DNA from: Gnetum montanum
Taxonomy: Eukaryota; Plantae; Gnetophyta
Direction: 5' to 3'
Length of the DNA: 64,000 nt
Assembly (NCBI GenBank): GCA_015680685.1
Contig: MNCI01002702.1
Location: 129,897 to 193,896, forward strand
Under the pieces are notes generated by a model, which made no database searches, was not told the DNA's origin, and worked only from the letters and a program-made list of their open reading frames with translations. The translations under genes and the position numbers were made by a program. The first letter of the stretch is position 1; the number at the start of each line of letters is the position of its first letter. Positions 46,761-61,699 of the stretch are shown one piece after another.

Positions 46761-48999
46761 CTTTTTCAAATTAACTGCCTGCTTGACATGTGTAGGCCCT
46801 TACGCCAGACGATCCCAAATTAATAATAATCCAGCTCCTCTCACCCCAATAAAATAACTCTCAAATGCCAAAACGTCGTGAGCATCAGCAATGCCCCATT
46901 AACAGTTGACTACTGCTTTCGTTCTAAAATTCCAAATACGTTTTGCAGAGAGATTAGCCCTGCAAACTTTAGCAAACTACTGTGCAATAGTGGATTCCGA
47001 GCAACCAAAAAGGAGGAACCAGCAAACTGTGAAACTGTAATATACCCCCATTTTAAATAGATTAAGCCTAACTGGCGCCAGTATACTCTGATTCAAATTA
47101 AATCCAAGAATGGTCGTTGAATCGGCAGAGATTGAATTGTGACCAGGTCAGCATGTGAGAAAAAGCGGATGAGATGAAAGCAGTAGCAACAGGAAAAGCA
47201 AAAGCTCAACGGTAGAAGCAAACGAAGAAGAAGAAAGGAAACAATGCAGGCAAAACCACTAACAAACAGTCTCTGGGCGTTAGCTATGACAGCAAATTTC
47301 TTGGATGAGGCTTATGTAGTTGTGTCACTTGGCGAGGCCCGGCCACTCACTGTGCATCTAGCATTTTTGGGTGTTTCTAGGATTTATGATTTTTCAGGTG
47401 TTGGCTACCGTTTTGATTGTGCGACTTTGGCGTGTCATGAAGGAGGCACCTGTTGTTGCCGTTGGTTTTGCTTTGGTCCTCAAATTACGAAAGACCTGCT
47501 ATTTTTGGCCTCCGTTTTTTTAACTTTCCTTCGCTTCACAACCATCCATCAATCATTGTCCAAACCTGCGTCAGACGAACACATGATTTGCAACAATGCA
47601 TTTATGCAGGGGATCAAATCGTGGAACGTTGCTTGCTCCGCCTGCTAACGGCCATGGCCATGCCTTTACTCTTTTTCTTGGTGTTTTTTGGGAGGGGAGC
47701 TTTTGACCAGTCCAGTAGGCAGGCAAGCATGGCTCTCAGAAAGCGTAGCCTAACTCTAACAACTGAAAGTGAACACGCAGGCAGAGTCATCAGGTTTGGA
47801 GCATACCATAGCTACAGCAACCGTTGATTGTGGAGCAGACATTTAATTTAATTTAATTTCATTTGGGTGTGGATACAGCCGATCCGATCCTATGGTCAAG
47901 CAAGCAAGTTTGAAAATGAGGCTGCTCCTTGTCCTGTCATTTGCACTTGGCCTTGGAGACGTACATTACTGGGTTTCGTCCGCGAAGATATTCGCTGCGA
48001 TATCTCGCTACAACGCAATTGGCCTGTAGCACCCAGCCAATCCTTCGTTGACCTAAAATAAATAAACTCCCTTCATTATTATTATCTGCGTTTGTTTTTT
48101 CGAACAAGATAACCGAGCACCTTTCGGTGGAAAGCCTGAATCAACTTCGGCGGGTGCTCATTGTTGTTTGCGTTTCTTGCAAACTAGAAATTGGGAATTT
48201 CTGTTCCGTCAGGCAATCACATTTGAATGGTTACAAAGCTTTATCTATTTTTAAGGAAAGTTGTAAACATCAACAAAAATTAATCACTAAATTGCACTTA
48301 ATATTATAATTTATTCTCGAATGTGAACCAGATAAAATAAAAGGATCCGTTTTTTATCTTTTACAAAGGCTAAGATTTGAAATTTCCTTTCAGCATAAAC
48401 AAAATCCAACTATGCGTAAAGGATTAATATTAAATTAATATGAAAGCTACTAAATCTAAAATAATAGTGATTTCATTGTAATTCCATAAAAGGAATTCTA
48501 TTTGATTTGTAAAAAGTCTTAGTAAACATGAATAAAAATTCAAGTTCAATTTAAGTCATTATTGTTTCTAATTTGCTTTTAACCTTAATGAGAGGTGGCT
48601 AAAGTGGTTAGTTCATGGTCTAACAAAGATTTGCAGCCAAAAGTTGCCTATTCAAATTACATTTAAAGTTTTTGCAAAAATATCATATTGACTATATGTC
48701 TTAGCCCAAAAAAAGAGAAAAAGGAAAAAAAGTTCACCCCCTTCCCACAAAGTACTTTAAACTTTTAAACTAGCAGTATGACTCCTCAAATACTAACAAT
48801 TATAGTTAGTAAAATGCAACTCAACTGGTTAGCTCATTGTCTTATTAAGTTTGAGGTTGTCATTTCAAGTCATACTTGAGTCATTATTATATTCCTCTAT
48901 AGTTATTCCAAAATGTGTGGGGTATGGATGCTCCATGTATAGGATACACTGGATTTATTTTTTTCAACTTAGTTAGATAACTTAGAATTTTAATATTCA

Positions 49000-51900
49000 A
49001 ATATTTTGATAACATTTTAGCTATGGTCGCATCAACATCATTATCATATGCCTCAATCACACTTAACCACACAAATTAATCTTACACAAGTGTTGATGAG
49101 ACGCGATTTGCACTAGGCCGCGATATCGCATTCTCCTACGATATCGCGTACGCGATATCGCGTCCCTCCGCCATTTCTATAAATAAGAGGCGGCACTCCC
49201 CTTATTTTCCAAATCCTGGCTAGTGTAGCGAAGCTCTGGCAGATTGATCACTCCAGAGTTAGAATTTTTCCCCATGTGCCCGTAGTAGGAGTCCTAGAGT
49301 GAACGGNNNNNNNNNNNNNNNNNNNNNNNNNNNNNNNNNNNNNNNNNNNNNNNNNNNNNNNNNNNNNNNNNNNNNNNNNNNNNNNNNNNNNNNNNNNNNN
49401 NNNNNNNNNNNNNNNNNNNNNNNNNNNNNNNNNNNNNNNNNNNNNNNNNNNNNNNNNNNNNNNNNNNNNNNNNNNNNNNNNNNNNNNNNNNNNNNNNNNN
49501 NNNNNNNNNNNNNNNNNNNNNNNNNNNNNNNNNNNNNNNNNNNNNNNNNNNNNNNNNNNNNNNNNNNNNNNNNNNNNNNNNNNNNNNNNNNNNNNNNNNN
49601 NNNNNNNNNNNNNNNNNNNNNNNNNNNNNNNNNNNNNNNNNNNNNNNNNNNNNNNNNNNNNNNNNNNNNNNNNNNNNNNNNNNNNNNNNNNNNNNNNNNN
49701 NNNNNNNNNNNNNNNNNNNNNNNNNNNNNNNNNNNNNNNNNNNNNNNNNNNNNNNNNNNNNNNNNNNNNNNNNNNNNNNNNNNNNNNNNNNNNNNNNNNN
49801 NNNNNNNNNNNNNNNNNNNNNCCAAAAAAATCACATACCTCAGACTTGCTTAACCATACACCGTGACACATACAAGCAAGCCTGGGAAGACAACGAACGA
49901 TTAACCCCAAGTGTTTCTTGTGGCGTTAAGGCATTTAGTCTGCGGAGTTCGACCGGATCGCGTGTGTACGCTCGTATTCGTATGGTGGAGTGTAGGGGTA
50001 CCTCGCCACTCATCAAGTGTGATCAAGAAGATAGTGATCAACAATCTAATGCTTAACTATCTAGACAACTATACTAGTCCTAGTCGATGGAATTTAGCCA
50101 AATTGCACATAGATGCTTATGATCTATATGGTTGGGGTAGCATCTACTCTACTGTTCATCATTGGCATCATTGCTAGGGAACTTGATGCTAGTGGCTTAG
50201 CTAGTTAGGATCATCTAAGAATTGCTATTAGAGCATAAAATAGTTTTATTTTATTCAAGTCACACTTCATAATTACAAGATGTCTTCTTCTTGCAAGGTA
50301 GATTCCCCACATGCTAATGACTCAGTAAGGGAATGTGATATGACTATCAAGAACCGAGATGAGGTATCAAGACAAATGAAAGTTGTCTACTAGCATCAAA
50401 ACCCATACTATCTAGATTTTACTTTCATTCTTCACTAAGACAAATAACTATGATGGAGAGACCTAAATGGCAATATTGTGTTGCTACTTAATCATGTCAT
50501 TCCATCAATGCTCATGGCAGCATTGATGAAAGTGGAACTTGAAGTAACTACTCCGAATTACACGGTGGTTGATAAAATATCTAAGTTCTACCAACCCACC
50601 AAGTCCCAACTACAAAATCATCATTTCATGGAGGCTTACCATGAAGCTTCCAAGGGAAGGGGAGCTACCATCCCCCTAACATTATTGTCAGAGAAGGAGG
50701 ACACATACTACCAATCTAGTCAATCTCATTGCCAAAATCCTCTACTCCTTAGTATAGATGACATGAACAATACATTGCTACATTTAATCTTGGTGAGTAA
50801 CTAGGGAAACGGGAAAGCATGACCTAATACAAGGAGGCCTAAGTCTTCCAAAAGGCCACCTGGAGAATATCAAAAGAGTCATGGAAAGAGAGTAAGTTGT
50901 CATAACTCTCCTAATTCTCCATCCTCATCATCAAGCTTTGACAAGGGTGAACACAACCAAGGATGGAAGGATAATGATCAAAGACCTAGTAGAGATGCTA
51001 GAAGAAACCATCACATGAATGATAAAAGAGAAGGTATACATAAGCAAGAAGCTAGGCACTAATATGAACAAAGGCATAGTAGGCAATGCCAAAGGAGGCA
51101 TGGTCATGAAATGAACCATGATGAGCATAATGATTATGATGAACCATTACATACTACTAAGAGTATGATCAACATTATGGAGGCAATCTATACTCTAACT
51201 AGACATTAGAGGGATAACCAAATCAAATGGTTGGATATGAATAAAATCGCTAAGTTTGAGAAAGGTTATAATGCAAATCCACAATACCATTTGCAAGCCT
51301 TTCATGATGTGTGTGCCTTGTAGAACATAGAGAACAAATGGCAAAACTTGAACCTCTTTTTCAGGACACTCATTAAAGAAGATAAAAGTTGGTACCAGTC
51401 CTTAAGTTGGAATCCATTAGAAGGTGAAGTACAATGTTGGAGTTGTTTAACAATAAATATCAAACATATTCCTAAGTATCCAACTTAAGAAAGTAGATCC
51501 AGGGATGGAAGTAAGGTAATCATGAATATTATTCTCTTTTACATGAATGCCTAAGCCATGGCTTCACTTAAAGGGAATAGCTATGCTATGTTATAAATGA
51601 ACTCAAAAATAAAATAAGAGAAACTCTTAGGATTTATGTGTAAGGAAGATTATCAGAAATGAGTGTCCATCAAATCCAAAGATTAAATGATCAAGTAATA
51701 AAGTAGGAAGGTGAACTTAAAAAGAAAGAGTGTATAGAGAAGTGTAATAGACACCCCACTATTCACAAAAATAAGGTTAATCTCTGTGAGTTAGATGAGG
51801 AATCACCATTAGATAAAATGGTACAAAGAAAAACCTTGCCAATTCAAAAGTCAATCATTAAAATCTCAACAAAGTTTAATAAGATGTGGGTTTCAATAGA

Positions 51901-52375
51901 TGAAAATTCCAGATAACATCAAGGATCATGAAGGAGAAAGCATACCAAGGTAAAGCCAAAGACAAAGATAAAAAAATAAAAAAGGATATAGGAAGAGACT
52001 ACCACCAACAAAAAGGAAAAGCACCTATAGTTGAGGAGGTTGCAAACTCTGAAGCTAAAGATGATGATCATGACATTTGCTAATACAATCATCCTTAGGA
52101 TTATTGCCTTGTAATGTCACATCTCTAGGAGTATGGGATTTATGTCTTAAACTCAACGTTTGTGAAGAAGTAGATACCTAGGAGGTTACCTTATCCTCAA
52201 GCCAACTATAGGTAGCCTTATCACTAGTAACAATACTATTTAAGTGGGGATTCACCATAATCTTAGGAGTACTATCGGTAGTTGCAAAATCCAAAGTCAC
52301 AAGGGATATCACTACCAAGGTAGTAGTCACCTTATTGACAACCTAATCTCTATGGTTATTATGTCTAATAACCTA
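49000..52375 (+). mobile_element. Athila-like element A3: partial 5' LTR (to 50161), PBS and gag; interrupted by A4
   Basis: LTR 3' part homologous to 7500-7717; PBS ttggcatcattgctaggga at 50162; gag colinear with 7843-9900. Confidence 0.82.
49094..50015 (+). mobile_element. Young CpG-rich Athila-lineage LTR (solo LTR, or an element collapsed into the N gap) inserted in the A3 LTR
   Basis: TGATG...CATCA; perfect TSD AGTGT at 49089-49093 and 50016-50020; TATA-like ctataaata near 49177; gap at 49307-49821. Confidence 0.85.
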
Positions 52376-55357
52376 TGATAAAATCCACTTTTCGTTTAAT
52401 GTGATATCATATCTATGATATCATTTCAATGATATTGTAGCTATAATATCGTATCTCATCTTACGTCATCGTTGATGCGATGTCTCAAGAGCTATGCAAC
52501 CTTATAAATATGACACTTGGGCACAAACAAAACAATAATTTTCATTCCACCCTTAGTGAAATTCTTGTAGTTTTATTTTGTAGTTTTAGTGATAGTGTGA
52601 ATGCTCGTAGCATGGTGTCAAGTAATTGATTGGAATCTTTATTTGAATAAATTGTACTTGGGCATAGTTTATGATGGACAATAAAGATCAAGACTATTTC
52701 AAATCATTGTAGCATTCCTTAGTTCTTTTATTTCATTGTTTACTTAACATAATTTTATTGCTTTACTAGTTTAAACATTTACATTTCAAAGTACTTTACT
52801 TTTATGCTTATTAGTTAAGTGGAATCGGTACAATTGGTTTTGGGCACTAAGTATGATTATTTGGTAACCCAATAGTGATCTTGCTTGATTTTCTTAGCAG
52901 TAATTCCACTTGTTAATACTAGTGGTAATCACATAAGTCCAAGGCATGCATGGGAGATGAAGACAGAATATCCATTGCTCTAGGCTAGGGCTAATTTGTA
53001 TTTTCATAGTTACTTAGGCTTAGAATTTTATCTCATATTCAACCATGTTTACCATTAGGAGTGTTAAGAGCCTTACAACATCAACCTATCACATGCCTCA
53101 CTATGAGTTAAACCATATGGTTGAGCTTCACTAACTTAAAGTGGGAAGACAATGATCATGAACTTAACATCAACCACTAACATAATTACATTGTCCATCC
53201 ACATATTACAATTTGGTCATATGTAAACACTTGTGACTTGTATGGTAGAGTGTTGGGATACGTTATTGCTCATCATTGGTGTTGTTGCCAAGGATGTGTC
53301 AATGTGTGCTAAGTAGTTGATCTTATAAAGTTCATTGTATTAAGAACCACAAAGTCTAGTCTTACATCTTTAATCAATTTTCATAACACGCATACATAAT
53401 TAAACATCAAATACATAATATGGCTTCAACACTTAAAGAGAAATTATCACCTGCCAAAGAACTACAAAAGGATAATGCAGAACACATGATGATAAAGACT
53501 GGAGTGCGCCTATGCAAACAAGGATCTAATATGCTCATTCCAATCCCTATTATCCTGATTTTACATTTATCTTTCATCAGGATGAGTAACTACGATGGAG
53601 AGACTTACATGGTAACATCATTTTTCCTCCAAGCATTCAACACCATCCATGCTTTAGGCAACCTTAATGGGGATGAACTTGAGCCATGCATAGGAAGGGT
53701 ATAATGTGACCAAACACATGACCAGGCTATATCAACCCACAGAGGTGCAAGTAGGAAGAGATGTTACTATTGAGACAAGGCATGAAAATAACAAAGAAAA
53801 GAAAATCAATCCTAATGTTGCCCTAGAGAAAATTAATGGCAATGCATTCTTAATAGAAAAACTCCACCAAAATCATGAAGGAAACTCACAAAAAACCTAT
53901 TATTTGTTTGGAAGAACATGCCAAGGTACAATTACATTTGGTCCTTGTGATGACACCAAAAAGAGAGGCAGAGGACTCTAAACATAGGTAGAGCTTAAGA
54001 CCTAGAGCTTTTGTGAAATCACATAGGGATGAACATTAGAGTCACAAAATGAGAATCAATTGACATCATTCTCCAACTGCTTCATCTTCCTCCTCATGAT
54101 CATTAGTGGAATCTAACAAAAGGAAATGAAGACTTAGAGATCATGATAGGGAAAGATGTTAGGCTCATGATAGGCATGAATATTGTTGAAGGCATCCTTA
54201 TGAAGAAGAGGATGAGTATGAACTCAGAAGAGATAGGTTCCAGGATGAAGAGAGAGAGCATTATGAGCACCAAAGGGGACATCACTACAACAAAGTGTAC
54301 GAATCCAATGACCATGAAGAGCCCCTATTAGACACTCATAACATGATCAATATCAGGGAAGTAGTCTATATTCCAACCAGGCATGTTAGGGACAATTGCA
54401 TTAAGTAACTAGATATGAATAACATTCCTAAATTTGAAGGAGGATACAATATAGATCCACAATATTACCTTTAAGAATTCCATGATGCCTACACCCTACA
54501 AAATATTGAAAGTGAATGGCAAAAGCTCAAGTTATTTCCTAGGACACTCATTAAAGAGGCAAAAAGTTGGCATAAATGATTAGAACCAAAATCAATTAGA
54601 AGATGTAGTACCATGCTTGAACTCTTTAATGACAAATATTAAACTTACTCAAGAGTGTCTAACCTCAAAAAGCAAATCCAAGGATGGAAGCAATGAAAAC
54701 ATTAATTCCTTGATGTTACAATGGATATATGCTACTCTCTCTTGTATAGATGCTAAGGCCATGGATTCTCACAAAGGGAACAACTTAGGCACATTGTTAA
54801 TGGGTTAAAGAATAAAACCAAAGAAACCCTTGGGGTTACACCAAAGGAAGACTATCAAAGATGATCATCCATCAGATTCAAAGGTTAATAGAATAAGTAA
54901 CAAAAGAGGGAGGAGAGTTAAAGAAGAGAGTATTAGCTGAAGAGTATAAGCAAGATCCATCAATCAAAAAATGAGATGTTTAGAGGTGTAACAAGCAAGA
55001 AGAAGAAACCTTGGAAGATGTGATTCAAAAGAAAACTCTACCAATTCAGANTAAGAAGAAACCTTGGAAGATGTGATTCAAAAGAAAACTCTACCAATTC
55101 AGAAGTCTATCAATGAGCAACAAATGTAGAGAAGATGTGGGACTTGGTGGATGAAAAGTTCACTATAGCTCTCAAGATAGTAGAAGAAAGGATTGAACAA
55201 GCATTCAATAAGGGTAAGGATAAGAAGAAGAGAAGAGATCACATATGAGGATGATTTAAGTAGAAAGGGAAAATTGCGACAATTGAGGAGTGTACTGACT
55301 CTAGTTTAGAAGAAGAGGAAGGATGCAAGGTGTGCTAGTATGAACATCCTAAGGGAT

Positions 55358-57069
55358 TGAAACACCACCAAATTTGAAGCTCCTAGGTCTCAACTAAAAA
55401 TTTGGCTAAGTGTCAACACTTGGAAAATTTTGTCTAAGTGTTGTGCTACCACTGCTGGGACTACACTCTAGAGCATAGTCAGTGTAGTTGATACTAACAA
55501 TCCAAATTTGCAAAATTTTTCTAAGTTTCAACAATAGTTGTAAACTTTTCTATGTGTCTTGACTATGCTCTCCCACTTTGTGCTACGATCTAAAGTGTAG
55601 CCAGCATAGTAAACCTTGGAATGACCAGTTTTGCAAATTTTCTCTAAGTTTTAGGCTAGAGGCTACTAAGCATATGGGATGGATGAAACAATTTGGTAGA
55701 TTTTCTAACTTTTGGTGCTACGCTCCCTGCTATGCTCTAGAGTGTAGCTTGCATGTAGGTAACAACTTCACAAGATTTTTTTAAAGTGTTTTGGCTATGC
55801 TCTCCCTATTGGGACTACACTTTAGAGCATAGTCTACGTAGCTAGCACTAAACTTCATCATTTTTTGCCAAATTTTCCTGCCACTCGAGCTATGCTTTAG
55901 AGCATAATTAGCATAGCCACACAAAACTACCTCCAAAAGCTCCTAGAACTCAGCATCGGCCAGCATCTCGGCTCTAACATTCCTTTGGTAAGCAAGATCA
56001 AAAAATTTGCATTTCATTTGCATCCCCCATTTGCCCCCCAAATTGTACCTACACTCGATACCACTCAGAAAAGTGGTAGTGTAGTCCTAGAGCATAGTCT
56101 CCAAAACTGTACTATTTTACACTATTTGTAGGTACTTTGCGGTTTGTTTGGCACTCCTACATGCAGTCTTGGTAGTGTAGTCACATTTTGGCAATTTCAT
56201 AGGATCCATTGGAGCACACCAGTAAAACACTACTTACTTCAATAGGAATGTAACTAGGGTTAGTGTAGTTCCAACTACCCCTTTGCCATGTGGCACTCGA
56301 TCTATGATTCATGCTAACCCTAACCCTATAAATATCCCTACGCCTCATGTTTCAGGGGTTGGCAATTTCATTCAGCAATTGGCATTTTTGACATTCTAAT
56401 TGACATTTTCAAATACTCGACTAGCAAATTCATTTTCCAAGCATCCTTACACCCAAGCACACTTGGCACCTTAGCAAACTTCAGGATCCTGGTGGACATT
56501 GTTGGATGCTTCCCAAAACACCGCACACCACTAAAGCTCGAAGGACACTGTGGCAGCTAACTGGGTAGGCTCAGACTCCACGGTGGACATTAGTCTTCAT
56601 AGCGAAACACCTTGAGACTATGACTATGCTGCCCACTATGCTTATTTATACACCACATACCTCTTCATCTTTTTTTTATAGTTGACTATGCTCCTTCGCT
56701 ATTTGGGGTAGTGTCGTCTTCCCTTTAGCCTGCATTTTGTGTATGTTTCACATTTCTTACACATTTTTGGCATTTTTCTCACATTTTTTGCCATTCACGC
56801 AGCTATTTGCATGTTTGCACCTTCATTTTCATGCTTAAAATTGAAACTACGCTCACCCTTATGAACGCTATAGACACCGCGGACACCATCTAAATACCTT
56901 AAAACATGTTTTGTTGTAACACTTGTAAGTCCCAGTTTAATCGACAAGATCATTCTAGGCACCCTGCTTACATTTTCCAGTAGGTCCTCATGTGGGAGTG
57001 GGGTCAATACTATGCAACTGCGGACCTCTCGATGTCCCATTCTAGCCTCCAACCATTTTGGTTGCTACA
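55358..57069 (+). mobile_element. Solo LTR (~1.7 kb, Tekay/Del-like termini) inserted in A4 gag
   Basis: TGAAACACC...GGTTGCTACA; degenerate TSD gggat/agaat; internal ctacactctagagcatagtc subrepeats; ctataaata near 56326. Gag zinc knuckle CKVC*YEHPKG|CCP rejoins across it. Confidence 0.78.
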
Positions 57070-60000
57070 AGAATGTTGCCCTATTATGGTCCACTTGCAA
57101 GAGTTTGGGGCATATGCACTCAATCCAAAATTCATTAAAAAGTAAATACCAAGATGGTTACCTTATCCTCAAGGTAATCTCAGACAACCTTTCTAGCCAA
57201 CCTACCACCCAAGCAAAGCCTACCCTCAACCGTAGGAGTAATACCAATAGCAGTAACAACAAACGTAAGCATAGGCAATGTCAATGCCAAGGCAACAATA
57301 TTCCTATAGGCAACCAAATCCTTATGGATATTATGTACAAGTCCAATCTATCTAGGAAATACTTTAGTTCACACTTGTTCTCATTAGTATCCACCTAAGT
57401 ATTACAAACCTACCACTCCAAGGATGGATTTGAACATCTATGCATATCAACCAATAGTCGGTCCATCAAACTAACCTTCCAATGCTTTACCGCTAGTGCC
57501 ACCACTAGTCATGCAAAGGGAACTACCATCACAACCATAACAAAGAAGTGTTGTAAGGGTAGTGGATATATAGAGAGAGGATTATATCAACAATGCTAAA
57601 GGAAAATTAAGAAAATGTTCTTTCTTTAACAAGTCCAAAACATTCTGGTAGAGAAAGGACTTCATTGAATCATGTCCCTTATATGAAGGATCCTCCTATA
57701 AGCACTTTTGCTTCTCCAACAATCAAATCCAAAGATTAAGACTATCATGCTAACTAAAATGGTATCAAACTAGATAAAGGCAAGAGCTCTTCCTAAGAAA
57801 AGAATTGATTTAGAAATTCCTTTAATTTATCTATAAGTTAATGAAAACTCACCATGCAAGGCTTTACTCAACTCAGGTTTCAGAGTAAATTTGATATCTC
57901 AAGAAACATGTAAGGCATGGAACTTTCCACCCTTAAAGAAGTACAACATAAGGTTAGAGTTAGCAAATCAATCTATCACCATTCCTTTGGGATAAATAGA
58001 AGATATGGTAACCACTATCAATGGGTGATCTTATCTAGTAAATTTTCTTGTGATAGATGTGAAGAATGATGATAGGGAATTTCCTATTATTATGGAAAGA
58101 GCATGGCTTAGCACAATTAATGCTAAGTTAAGAATGAGAGATTTATCTATGGAAATCTCTAAGGAAGATGAGCAAGGGGCCATACATACATAAATAATTC
58201 CATGCATTACTGAAGATACAGAGGGTGTAGTTGTGGTTTAAAAGTTCAAATTGTCAACACAATCCTTACACTAGCCCACAAGAGATGTGAGAAACAAGTG
58301 TGTGAACAAAAAGAAATATGGGCCACTAAACCAAAAGACACCCAGTGGTTGAAAATTGAGAACATAAAACTGTCCAAGACATGCATGAAAATGTTTGACT
58401 CACTTATTAACTCTTATCTTAAGAAAATGATCCAAATTGAGAACTCACAAAAGAATATCATAAACCGTAATCATACACTAATGGATAATGGAAATGAAGA
58501 CTTAAAATTTGCATTTAAGAATAAACAAGAAAGTAGAGTTGGGCCTTTTAAAATGGAAAGATCATCTAGTCCAATGAGATATATGTCCTTAGAAGATTAG
58601 AATTCGATTATCATTAAGATTACATGGGATAATAACTAAAAAACTAAATTGCTAAGGATGATAAATGAGAAACCTAGAGTGTATGATCTAGGGGATCTAG
58701 GGTCCATTTTCTGAATACTTACCCATGAGTTCAGTTGTGGGGGAGATGCCCTATCTTAACTTAGGGATTAATAAGTGCTTTTCAACTTTTTTTTTATTTT
58801 CTAATTTGTTGTGGTTTATAATTTTTGTTATACTTTTTACTTTTCTTATTATCTTTTCATATTCTTTAATATCTTTTCATTCTTTTATACTTTTCCATTT
58901 CTTAATCATTTTATATTCTTTAATATTTTTCAAATTTTTTCTCTATTTTTCCATTTTTTCTATGATTTTTATCATTTGTTTTGTACATATTTTTGTTGAT
59001 CTTTCCAATAAAGCGCAAGGAATAAAGCAAGATGTAGTCCCAATAAGGTGAAGACTACCCTATATTATCGAATCATGAAAGACTGATTACATATACAACG
59101 AGACCACGTCATCCATCCACTCATTTCCAACAATAGGAGGTTCTTACCATGGCTACAATGATATTCTTCTCACAATAAAACTAAAATAAACTTGTGATTA
59201 TTATGCCTAGATGGAAGAGAGAATATCAACTGGGAATGAAAAGGGAGTGACATCAAAGAAACTTGTGGATTCTCTAGGATTACTACTGTGAGTTTTAACT
59301 TGTTGCTAAGGATGTATTATTTTCTTGAGTTCTAATGAAAAATAGGAGTAAGAGTATAATAAATGCTTCCTTACCATGTCAATAGAAAGACATGTTACCC
59401 ATGCCTAAAGGTAGGTAGCTTCTTAGGAATCTAAATACAATAATAATAATACGCTATTAATAAACTGCTTCCTTGAACTACATTGCTAAGTGGTAATACT
59501 TCTTACAATAGTGGTAGTCTTGTGGTTGTTAGTCTTGGGGTTGAAACAATGTGATGTCACTAGAGAAGTGGTTTGGACCTGGTTTGAATCTTAGATGAAA
59601 AGGCTAATGATTACTTTAACCACACATCACACACATTATGCCTATGGTAAGACACCTCATATCTTGATTTCTATAATCCCTTCTACATTCCATTTCACCT
59701 CACTGGTATATTAATCATAATTTTCTGGTTTTGGATAATATAGTGTTATTTTTCCAATTTGATGATATTAACATATGCATTTTGCTAGATAGGTATGTAT
59801 TACTTTCAACTCCTTGAGTGCCTATGAACACTTTTAGATGTGGTTATACAAGGATACTAAGGGCTGAAACCTACTTTAGGGAGGACCCACTTGCATAACT
59901 CTTATACCTCATACTTGATAAGTAATTCCACATCATTTTACGTTTCCTGAACATTTTAGTACTCAAAGAAAACTTCCCATAAAGTTTTATAATATGTCCA

Positions 60001-60771
60001 TCTACTAAGAATCTTCAATCCATCTCTTACACACCCAAAAAACTTTCATTGCTTGAGATTCCTTCCTTATGACTTTTGAAAGCCAAATTTTTGAATTTCA
60101 AGCATCATCTACGATTCATAATCCCTTAGATAATCTCTATGTCTTCAAAATCATTTAATTGACTTAATTTTGTTATGAAAATCCCTCAAAAATCCAAAAT
60201 TTTTCCAAGGTGACTTTCTAACTACGATGTTGTATGCCTTATGACATCGTAGGTACGATGTTTCATCTATGATGTCATGCATATAAAAATAGTATATATA
60301 TGTGAAAGAGTTAGAAAATTTTTCATTTTGACATTTCAGAGCAAGAGTAGTTTTTGTAGTTTTTCTGAGCTTTGACAAGCAAACTTCCCAATGCCTAAGC
60401 TTCCTCACCACAACTCTGATTTGCGAAATTCTTGAACCCTATTGATCCCAAAGTGCTCAACTTAGTCGCAGGGGGATTTATTGTGAGTACATTGAGATAA
60501 TTGAGCCAAAATTTCCTAATGCCTAGAGGACACAATAAAGAGTAAGTATAAGAGAATAGCCAAAATTTCCTAACGCCAAGAGGACACTATAAAGGGTAAG
60601 TAAAAGAGAATAATAAAAATATTATAACTAACTAACCAAGTTTGAGCCAAAGAACTTAATTAATTCTCCTAAATAATCATACCAACCATCTAGGGGCATA
60701 ATAAATAAGAAAATGATAATAGTGGAAGGTCATAGTAATTAAATACATAATACTTAGGGGTTTCTTTTTCA

Positions 60772-61424
60772 TTTCACCCTTAGCAAAATTTTTGCAGGTT
60801 TATTCTATAGTTTTAGTGATAGTGTAAATGCTTGCAATGTGGTGTCAAGCAATTGATCAAAATATTTATTTGAGTAAATTGTACTTGGACACAATTTATG
60901 ACTGGAAATAAAGATCAAGACTATTTCACATCATCACAATGTTCCTTAGGTCTTTTATTCTATTGTTTAGTTAGCATAAATTTCTTGCATTACTAGTTTA
61001 AACATTTACATTTCAAAGTACTTTACTTTTATGCTCATTCGTAAAGTAGAATGGGTACGATTGGTTTCAAGCACTAAGTGTGATTTTTTGGTAACCTAGT
61101 AGTGGTCTTGCATGATTTGCTCAACAGTAATTCCACTTGGTAACCCTAGTGGCAATCACATAAGCCCAAGGTGTGCATGGTAGACTAGGACTGAATATCC
61201 ATCACTTTAGGCTAAGACTGATTTGTGTTTTCATAGTTAGGCATAGAATTTTATCTCATATTCAACCATGTTTACCATTAGGAGCATTAAGAGCCTTACA
61301 ACATCAACCTATCACATGCCTCATTGAGAGTTAAACCATATGTTTGAACTTCATTAACTTGAAGTGGAAAGACAATAATCATGAACTTAACATCAACCAC
61401 TAGCATAATTACATTGTCCATCCA
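60772..61424 (+). repeat. Internal fragment of the A4-type LTR embedded in the A4 interior
   Basis: Colinear with about 52545-53200; flanked by a ~220-bp direct repeat (about 60550-60770 and 61425-61650). Confidence 0.8.
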
Positions 61425-61699
61425 TGAGATAATTCGGAAAAAATTTCCTAATGCTTAAAGGACACTATAAAGGATAAGTATAAGAGAATAATAAGAATAT
61501 TATAACTGACCAATCAAATTTGAGCCAAAGAACTTAATTAATTCTCCCAAGTAACCATATTAATCATTTAGGATCATAATAAATGAGAAAATGATAATGG
61601 TGGAAGGACATAATAATTAAAGACATAACACTTAGGGGTTTCTTTTTGATTTTTTCTAATTCTACAAACATGATAAAGATTGTAACTAATAAAGAAAAA

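Noticed and set aside
47244-48309. Plus-strand ORFs suggesting a divergent gene
   Set aside because: No recognisable domain or splice structure; more likely the promoter region of the BRO1-like gene.
49248-49910. Long ORFs in the ORF track (also 1783-2086)
   Set aside because: Open only because they cross N gaps.
55001-55104. Exact ~51-bp tandem duplication in A4 gag
   Set aside because: Copies are separated by an N, so it is probably a contig-join artefact.
58725-59051. Hydrophobic F/I/L-rich ORF resembling a membrane protein
   Set aside because: Translation of the T-rich low-complexity tract that follows the internal PPT in Athila elements.
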